From contig OZ024747.1 in the NCBI GenBank assembly GCA_964016885.1, positions 4,588,001 through 4,652,000 of the forward strand: DNA of 64,000 nt, written 5' to 3'. The stretch comes from Eledone cirrhosa (taxonomy: Eukaryota). Under the pieces are notes generated by a model. It saw nothing but the letters and a program-made list of their open reading frames with translations, had not been told where the DNA came from and did no database searches. A program made the position numbers and the translations under genes. This document shows positions 55,537 to 64,000 of the stretch, one piece after another (position 1 is the first letter of the stretch; each line of letters opens with the position of its first letter).

Positions 55537-58500
55537 GAGAGACTGAGACAGTGACTATACCAGTGAGAGAGAGAGAGAGACTGAGACAGTGACTATACCA
55601 GTGAGAGAGAGAGAGAGACTGAGACAGTGACTATACCAGTGAGAGAGAGACTGAGACAGTGACTATACCAGTGAGAGAGAGAGAGAGACTGAGACAGTGA
55701 CTATACCAGTGAGAGAGAGACTGAGACAGTGACTATACCAGTGAGAGAGAGAGAGAGACTGAGACAGTGACTATACCAGTGAGAGAGAGACTGAGACAGT
55801 GACTATACCAGTGAGAGAGAGAGAGAGACTGAGACAGTGACTATACCAGTGAGAGAGAGACTGAGACAGTGACTATACCAGTGAGAGAGAGACTGAGACA
55901 GTGACTATACCAGTGAGAGAGAGAGAGAGACTGAGACAGTGACTATACCAGTGAGAGAGAGACTGAGACAGTGACTATACCAGTGAGAGAGAGAGAGAGA
56001 CTGAGACAGTGACTATACCAGTGAGAGAGAGACTGAGACAGTGACTATACCAGTGAGAGAGAGAGAGAGACTGAGACAGTGACTATACCAGTGAGAGAGA
56101 GACTGAGACAGTGACTATACCAGTGAGAGAGAGAGAGAGACTGAGACAGTGACTATACCAGTGAGAGAGAGACTGAGACAGTGACTATACCAGTGAGAGA
56201 GAGAGAGAGACTGAGACAGTGACTATACCAGTGAGAGAGAGACTGAGACAGTGACTATACCAGTGAGAGAGAGAGAGAGACTGAGACAGTGACTATACCA
56301 GTGAGAGAGAGACTGAGACAGTGACTATACCAGTGAGAGAGAGAGAGAGACTGAGACAGTGACTATACCAGTGAGAGAGAGACTGAGACAGTGACTATAC
56401 CAGTGAGAGAGAGAGAGAGACTGAGACAGTGACTATACCAGTGAGAGAGAGACTGAGACAGTGACTATACCAGTGAGAGAGAGAGAGAGACTGAGACAGT
56501 GACTATACCAGTGAGAGAGAGACTGAGACAGTGACTATACCAGTGAGAGAGAGAGAGAGACTGAGACAGTGACTATACCAGTGAGAGAGAGACTGAGACA
56601 GTGACTATACCAGTGAGAGAGAGACTGAGACAGTGACTATACCAGTGAGAGAGAGACTGAGACAGTGACTATACCAGTGAGAGAGAGAGAGAGACTGAGA
56701 CAGTGACTATACCAGTGAGAGAGAGACTGAGACAGTGACTATACCAGTGAGAGAGAGACTGAGACAGTGACTATACCAGTGAGAGAGAGAGAGAGACTGA
56801 GACAGTGACTATACCAGTGAGAGAGAGACTGAGACAGTGACTATACCAGTGAGAGAGAGACTGAGACAGTGACTATACCAGTGAGAGAGAGAGAGAGACT
56901 GAGACAGTGACTATACCAGTGAGAGAGAGAGAGAGACTGAGACAGTGACTATACCAGTGAGAGAGAGAGAGAGACTGAGACAGTGACTATACCAGTGAGA
57001 GAGAGAGAGAGACTGAGACAGTGACTATACCAGTGAGAGAGAGACTGAGACAGTGACTATACCAGTGAGAGAGAGAGAGAGACTGATACAGTGACTATAC
57101 CAGTGAGAGAGAGACTGAGACAGTGACTATACCAGTGAGAGAGAGACTGAGACAGTGACTATACCAGTGAGAGAGAGACTGAGACAGTGACTATACCAGT
57201 GAGAGAGAGAGAGAGACTGAGACAGTGACTATACCAGTGAGAGAGAGAGAGAGACTGAGACAGTGACTATACCAGTGAGAGAGAGAGAGAGACTGAGACA
57301 GTGACTATACCAGTGAGAGAGAGAGAGAGACTGAGACAGTGACTATACCAGTGAGAGAGAGACTGAGACAGTGACTATACCAGTGAGAGAGAGAGAGAGA
57401 CTGATACAGTGACTATACCAGTGAGAGAGAGACTGAGACAGTGACTATACCAGTGAGAGAGAGACTGAGACAGTGACTATACCAGTGAGAGAGAGACTGA
57501 GACAGTGACTATACCAGTGAGAGAGAGAGAGAGACTGAGACAGTGACTATACCAGTGAGAGAGAGACTGAGACAGTGACTATACCAGTGAGAGAGAGAGA
57601 GAGACTGAGACAGTGACTATACCAGTGAGAGAGAGACTGAGACAGTGACTATACCAGTGAGAGAGAGAGAGAGACTGAGACAGTGACTATACCAGTGAGA
57701 GAGAGACTGAGACAGTGACTATACCAGTGAGAGAGAGAGAGAGACTGAGACAGTGACTATACCAGTGAGAGAGAGACTGAGACAGTGACTATACCAGTGA
57801 GAGAGAGAGAGAGACTGTGACAGTGACTATACCAGTGAGAGAGAGACTGAGACAGTGACTATACCAGTGAGAGAGAGACTGAGACAGTGACTATACCAGT
57901 GAGAGAGAGACTGAGACAGTGACTATACCAGTGAGAGAGAGAGAGAGACTGAGACAGTGACTATACCAGTGAGAGAGAGACTGAGACAGTGACTATACCA
58001 GTGAGAGAGAGACTGAGACAGTGACTATACCAGTGAGAGAGAGAGAGAGACTGAGACAGTGACTATACCAGTGAGAGAGAGAGAGAGACTGAGACAGTGA
58101 CTATACCAGTGAGAGAGAGAGAGAGACTGAGACAGTGACTATACCAGTGAGAGAGAGAGAGAGACTGAGACAGTGACTATACCAGTGAGAGAGAGACTGA
58201 GACAGTGACTATACCAGTGAGAGAGAGAGAGAGACTGATACAGTGACTATACCAGTGAGAGAGAGACTGAGACAGTGACTATACCAGTGAGAGAGAGACT
58301 GAGACAGTGACTATACCAGTGAGAGAGAGACTGAGACAGTGACTATACCAGTGAGAGAGAGAGAGAGACTGAGACAGTGACTATACCAGTGAGAGAGAGA
58401 GAGAGACTGAGACAGTGACTATACCAGTGAGAGAGAGAGAGAGACTGAGACAGTGACTATACCAGTGAGAGAGAGAGAGAGACTGAGACAGTGACTATAC

Positions 58501-61394
58501 CAGTGAGAGAGAGACTGAGACAGTGACTATACCAGTGAGAGAGAGAGAGAGACTGATACAGTGACTATACCAGTGAGAGAGAGACTGAGACAGTGACTAT
58601 ACCAGTGAGAGAGAGACTGAGACAGTGACTATACCAGTGAGAGAGAGACTGAGACAGTGACTATACCAGTGAGAGAGAGAGAGAGACTGAGACAGTGACT
58701 ATACCAGTGAGAGAGAGACTGAGACAGTGACTATACCAGTGAGAGAGAGAGAGAGACTGATACAGTGACTATACCAGTGAGAGAGAGACTGAGACAGTGA
58801 CTATACCAGTGAGAGAGAGACTGAGACAGTGACTATACCAGTGAGAGAGAGAGAGAGACTGATACAGTGACTATACCAGTGAGAGAGAGACTGAGACAGT
58901 GACTATACCAGTGAGAGAGAGAGAGAGACTGATACAGTGACTATACCAGTGAGAGAGAGACTGAGACAGTGACTATACCAGTGAGAGAGAGACTGAGACA
59001 GTGACTATACCAGTGAGAGAGAGACTGAGACAGTGACTATACCAGTGAGAGAGAGAGAGAGACTGAGACAGTGACTATACCAGTGAGAGAGAGAGAGAGA
59101 CTGATACAGTGACTATACCAGTGAGAGAGAGACTGAGACAGTGACTATACCAGTGAGAGAGAGACTGAGACAGTGACTATACCAGTGAGAGAGAGAGAGA
59201 GACTGATACAGTGACTATACCAGTGAGAGAGAGACTGAGACAGTGACTATACCAGTGAGAGAGAGACTGAGACAGTGACTATACCAGTGAGAGAGAGACT
59301 GAGACAGTGACTATACCAGTGAGAGAGAGACTGAGACAGTGACTATACCAGTGAGAGAGAGACTGAGACAGTGACTATACCAGTGAGAGAGAGACTGAGA
59401 CAGTGACTATACCAGTGAGAGAGAGACTGAGACAGTGACTATACCAGTGAGAGAGAGAGAGAGACTGAGACAGTGACTATACCAGTGAGAGAGAGAGAGA
59501 GACTGAGACAGTGACTATACCAGTGAGAGAGAGAGAGAGACTGAGACAGTGACTATACCAGTGAGAGAGAGAGAGAGACTGAGACAGTGACTATACCAGT
59601 GAGAGAGAGACTGAGACAGTGACTATACCAGTGAGAGAGAGAGAGAGACTGAGACAGTGACTATACCAGTGAGAGAGAGACTGAGACAGTGACTATACCA
59701 GTGAGAGAGAGACTGAGACAGTGACTATACCAGTGAGAGAGAGAGAGAGACTGAGACAGTGACTATACCAGTGAGAGAGAGAGAGAGACTGAGACAGTGA
59801 CTATACCAGTGAGAGAGAGACTGAGACAGTGACTATACCAGTGAGAGAGAGACTGAGACAGTGACTATACCAGTGAGAGAGAGAGAGAGACTGAGACAGT
59901 GACTATACCAGTGAGAGAGAGAGAGAGACTGAGACAGTGACTATACCAGTGAGAGAGAGACTGAGACAGTGACTATACCAGTGAGAGAGAGAGAGAGACT
60001 GAGACAGTGACTATACCAGTGAGAGAGAGACTGAGACAGTGACTATACCAGTGAGAGAGAGAGACTGAGACAGTGACTATACCAGTGAGAGAGAGACTGA
60101 GACAGTGACTATACCAGTGAGAGAGAGAGAGAGACTGAGACAGTGACTATACCAGTGAGAGAGAGACTGAGACAGTGACTATACCAGTGAGAGAGAGAGA
60201 GAGACTGAGACAGTGACTATACCAGTGAGAGAGAGACTGAGACAGTGACTATACCAGTGAGAGAGAGACTGAGACAGTGACTATACCAGTGAGAGAGAGA
60301 GAGAGACTGATACAGTGACTATACCAGTGAGAGAGAGACTGAGACAGTGACTATACCAGTGAGAGAGAGACTGAGACAGTGACTATACCAGTGAGAGAGA
60401 GACTGAGACAGTGACTATACCAGTGAGAGAGAGAGAGAGACTGAGACAGTGACTATACCAGTGAGAGAGAGAGAGAGACTGAGACAGTGACTATACCAGT
60501 GAGAGAGAGAGAGAGACTGAGACAGTGACTATACCAGTGAGAGAGAGACTGAGACAGTGACTATACCAGTGAGAGAGAGAGAGAGACTGAGACAGTGACT
60601 ATACCAGTGAGAGAGAGACTGAGACAGTGACTATACCAGTGAGAGAGAGACTGAGACAGTGACTATACCAGTGAGAGAGAGAGAGAGACTGAGACAGTGA
60701 CTATACCAGTGAGAGAGAGACTGAGACAGTGACTATACCAGTGAGAGAGAGACTGAGACAGTGACTATACCAGTGAGAGAGAGAGAGAGACTGATACAGT
60801 GACTATACCAGTGAGAGAGAGACTGAGACAGTGACTATACCAGTGAGAGAGAGACTGAGACAGTGACTATACCAGTGAGAGAGAGAGAGAGACTGAGACA
60901 GTGACTATACCAGTGAGAGAGAGACTGAGACAGTGACTATACCAGTGAGAGAGAGACTGAGACAGTGACTATACCAGTGAGAGAGAGAGAGAGACTGAGA
61001 CAGTGACTATACCAGTGAGAGAGAGACTGAGACAGTGACTATACCAGTGAGAGAGAGAGAGAGACTGAGACAGTGACTATACCAGTGAGAGAGAGAGAGA
61101 GACTGAGACAGTGACTATACCAGTGAGAGAGAGACTGAGACAGTGACTATACCAGTGAGAGAGAGACTGAGACAGTGACTATACCAGTGAGAGAGAGAGA
61201 GAGACTGAGACAGTGACTATACCAGTGAGAGAGAGACTGAGACAGTGACTATACCAGTGAGAGAGAGAGAGAGACTGAGACAGTGACTATACCAGTGAGA
61301 GAGAGAGAGAGACTGAGACAGTGACTATACCAGTGAGAGAGAGAGAGAGACTGAGACAGTGACTATACCAGTGAGAGAGAGACTGAGACAGTGA
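55537..61394. repeat. 5.9-kb satellite, monomer CTGAGACAGTGACTATACCAGT(GA)5 or (GA)8
   Basis: 32- and 38-bp monomers with a near-invariant 22-bp core; roughly 165-170 units (length/mean unit). Confidence 0.95.
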
Positions 61395-61490
61395 TGTGTT
61401 AACTGTTATATATTTGTAAACTTATAAACTTGAGAATTTATCAACTAACATCGTAGACAACATATCAACTTTTGTTAGTTGTAAATCATC

Positions 61491-61582
61491 ATTAATATTG
61501 GTTTTAAAGTACCAGTAATGCACTGGTGATTTGCTGGCCTTGTGCCTAAAGTAGAAACAATTATTAATATTGGTTTTAAAGT
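61491..61582 (+). mobile_element. Short SINE 3' end with ~20-bp TSD
   Basis: ATTAATATTGGTTTTAAAGT at 61491-61510 and 61563-61582. Confidence 0.75.
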
Positions 61583-61682
61583 TCAGTGTTGAAATATATT
61601 TTTTCTTTCATATGTCTTATCCTTATTTTCATTTCTGTTCCCTCCAAATTTCTGGCCTTCTACCTACATTAGAAACCATTAT

Positions 61683-61850
61683 TAACCCATTAGCATTAAA
61701 ACTGGCTGAATCCGGCCAACATTTTCTCCCCTTTATCTGTTCAAACCGGCCATAACTGACCATTCATGCTGACATTAAGATATCATTCTCAAAATAAACA
61801 ATAACATCGTCAACATTGGGTACATTCGAGATTATGTGAGATAAAACCTT
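61683..61850 (+). mobile_element. MITE-like repeat (TAACCCATTAGCATT start)
   Basis: Homolog of 634-832. Confidence 0.55.
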
Positions 61851-61954
61851 TACTGTGAAAATACAATAATGATTGTGTCAGAGGACCCTGACCATCAAAC
61901 AGGAGTTTTCGCCGAAAAAAATGGAGTGACGTATACACAAATATTATCCTATGT

Positions 61955-62371
61955 TCCATACATGCACCTTTGATGAGTTGTAGTGCACCTGAGCACTGTA
62001 CTCAATAATTTTCATTATTATTATTATTATATTTCACGCTCAGAGTTGCTGAAGCATGGAACAAACTACCTGCATCAGTTGTTAGCTGTCGAGACACTGC
62101 ATCCTTTAAGGCCTCCATGGAACAAACTACCTGCATCAGTTGTTAGCTGTCGAGACACTGCATCCTTTAAAACCTCCATGCTTCCTGAGATTCGCCAATA
62201 CTACACCTAATATTCCCCCTCCATACATACGCACACTTGTATATCATGACTCATACACTATTCACTTACCTGACATTTGTACATTATTCTATGTACTATA
62301 CATGCACCTTTGATGAGTTGTTGTGCACCTGAGCACTGTACACAATAATTTTCATTATTATTATTATTATT
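61955..62371 (+). mobile_element. CR1-like LINE 3' ends (two, tandem) with (ATT)n tails
   Basis: PWNKLPASVVSCRDTASFKTSML C-terminus; 3' UTR GCACCTTTGATGAGTTG..GTGCACCTGAGCACTGTAC..(ATT)n present twice. Confidence 0.75.
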
Positions 62372-62735
62372 TCAGAATCTCAAATTAGTAAAGAGACATA
62401 TTTTGGTTGTTTTTCTTCATATCATGGGTTTCTAGTTTGTCTTCTCCTAAATAATTCAGCAATTACGATTTAGACACGGTGCTGTGTCAGTGCTATGCAA
62501 TTGAAAAAATGGCATATGTTCCTTGTTATGTTTTTCTATATTAGGAATTATATTTTTTACCACTGTGTTGTCTCTGAAGAGTTTCTTCAGTATTTTTTTA
62601 CGACCTCACTTCACCAGAATTTTGTTAAGTATCTGTAGATTTTCACAACACAGTTTTATCTTAAAGACATTCCTGAGAATATTTCTTAGAATATATTTCT
62701 TTCCGTGTGTATGTATGTCAGTGCACATGTGAGTG

Positions 62736-62767
<32 letters not shown>

Positions 62768-62797
62768 GGTGTCAGTGCACATGTGAGTATATATATG

Positions 62798-62868
<71 letters not shown>

Positions 62869-63504
62869 GTGTGTGTGCTTCCTTGAGTTTCTTTATATTA
62901 TTGTGTATGTGTGTGTACATGTGAGTGTATATATGTATATATGAGTGTGATTTGGTTGAGTTTCTTTATATTATTGTCTTTGTGCATGTGTGTCCTTCTG
63001 TTTGTGTGTGTGTGCATGTGTGTCCTTCTGTTTGTGTGTGTGTGCATGTGTGTCCTTCTGTTTGTGTGTGTGTGTGTGCATGTGCATGTGTGTCCTTCTG
63101 TTTGTGTGTGTGTGCATGTGTGTCCTTCTGTTTGTGTGTGTGTGTGTGCATGTGTGTCCTTCTGTTTGTGTGTGTGTGCATGTGTGTCCTTCTGTTTGTG
63201 TGTGTATGTTTAAATTTGAAAACCAAACCAAGAACATCAGGGTATAAGGAGTGCTTGCACATTAACAAATCTATCTTTACTATATATATATACATACATT
63301 ATATGTATGTATATATATGCATGCGTTATGCACACACACATATATATATATATATATGTATAGGTAGGTATATGTGTGTATATGTATGCATATGTATATA
63401 TGTGTGTGTGTGTGTGTATAAACATGTATATACAGTAATGAGGTATGCAAACACGGAAAAGTGGACATGAAATTGTGAAAATGTTGATATATATATATAT
63501 ATAT

Positions 63505-63677
63505 AGGAACGAATAGGACCCCGACGGCTGAGCTCAAGCCGTTTCGACGGCTAATTCACTAGTCCAGAATTAGCCGTCGAAACGGCTTGAGCTCAGCCGT
63601 CGGGGTCCTACTACCCTAAGTATTGAGTACTTTGGTGCGTTATGCTCCATCTGGTTCCTTACCACATTTCCTTCGTT
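63505..63677 (+). mobile_element. Family A fold-back cassette
   Basis: Arms 63514-63557 and 63567-63610; GAAA-CGGCT TGAGCTC AGCC-GTC-GGGGTCC. Confidence 0.8.
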
Positions 63678-63684
63678 ATATATA

Positions 63685-63739
<55 letters not shown>

Positions 63740-63806
63740 ACATTTTCACCATTTCATGTCCACTTTTCCGTGTTTGCATACCTCATTACTGTATATAAAT
63801 GTTTAT

Positions 63807-63838
<32 letters not shown>

Positions 63839-63873
63839 GTATATATACATGTGCGTATATATACATATGCATA

Positions 63874-63913
63874 ACCCATGCTAGCGTGGAAAGTGGACGT
63901 TAAACGATGATGA

Positions 63914-63917
<4 letters not shown>
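63874..63917 (+). mobile_element. SINE/RTE 3' tail fragment
   Basis: ACCCATGCTAGCGTGGAAAGTGGACGTTAAACGATGATGATGAT. Confidence 0.75.
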
Positions 63918-63974
<57 letters not shown>

Positions 63975-64000
63975 ATGTGTTGTTTCCTTGAGCAAGACAC

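Noticed and set aside
55537-61394. CRISPR-like array (constant core plus spacer)
   Set aside because: Spacers are only (GA)5/(GA)8, not unique; eukaryotic context and no cas genes
61965-62005. Hammerhead in TTGATGAG-TTGTAGTGCACCTGAGCACTGTAC
   Set aside because: No GAAA or stem III after the hairpin; it is the CR1-like 3' UTR stem-loop

Overview
Eukaryotic, very AT-rich, repeat-saturated non-genic DNA. The SINE/LINE repertoire and the huge (TA)n/(CA)n tracts point to a cephalopod (octopod) genome; this is inferred from recall, not searched. No host protein-coding exon could be supported, and nearly all ORFs in the track are microsatellite artefacts. Real coding remnants are all retrotransposon-derived: an uninterrupted 5'-truncated RTE LINE ORF with a PHD-like finger (21287-22400, -), a frameshifted Tx1/L1-type LINE (53060-54911, -), and several RTE, CR1 and Tx1 3' fragments. 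There are also at least three tRNA-derived SINE families (some with TSDs), MITEs, large minisatellites and a 5.9-kb two-state satellite. The main signal is about 20 short non-coding cassettes, mostly embedded in (TA)n and often arranged as long fold-back palindromes. They fall into at least 6-7 sequence-divergent families, each carrying a whole or partial type I hammerhead ribozyme (HHR). Four cores are intact (7688-7747 +, 9227-9292 -, 9425-9490 +, 37057-37123 -), and one family has a U3-A8 covariant core. Most families also carry a second shared downstream motif, an ACUC/GAGU helix with a 3' bulge. The architecture matches Penelope-like element pseudo-LTRs or non-autonomous retrozyme-like derivatives that target TA repeats. 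All structures were folded by eye.
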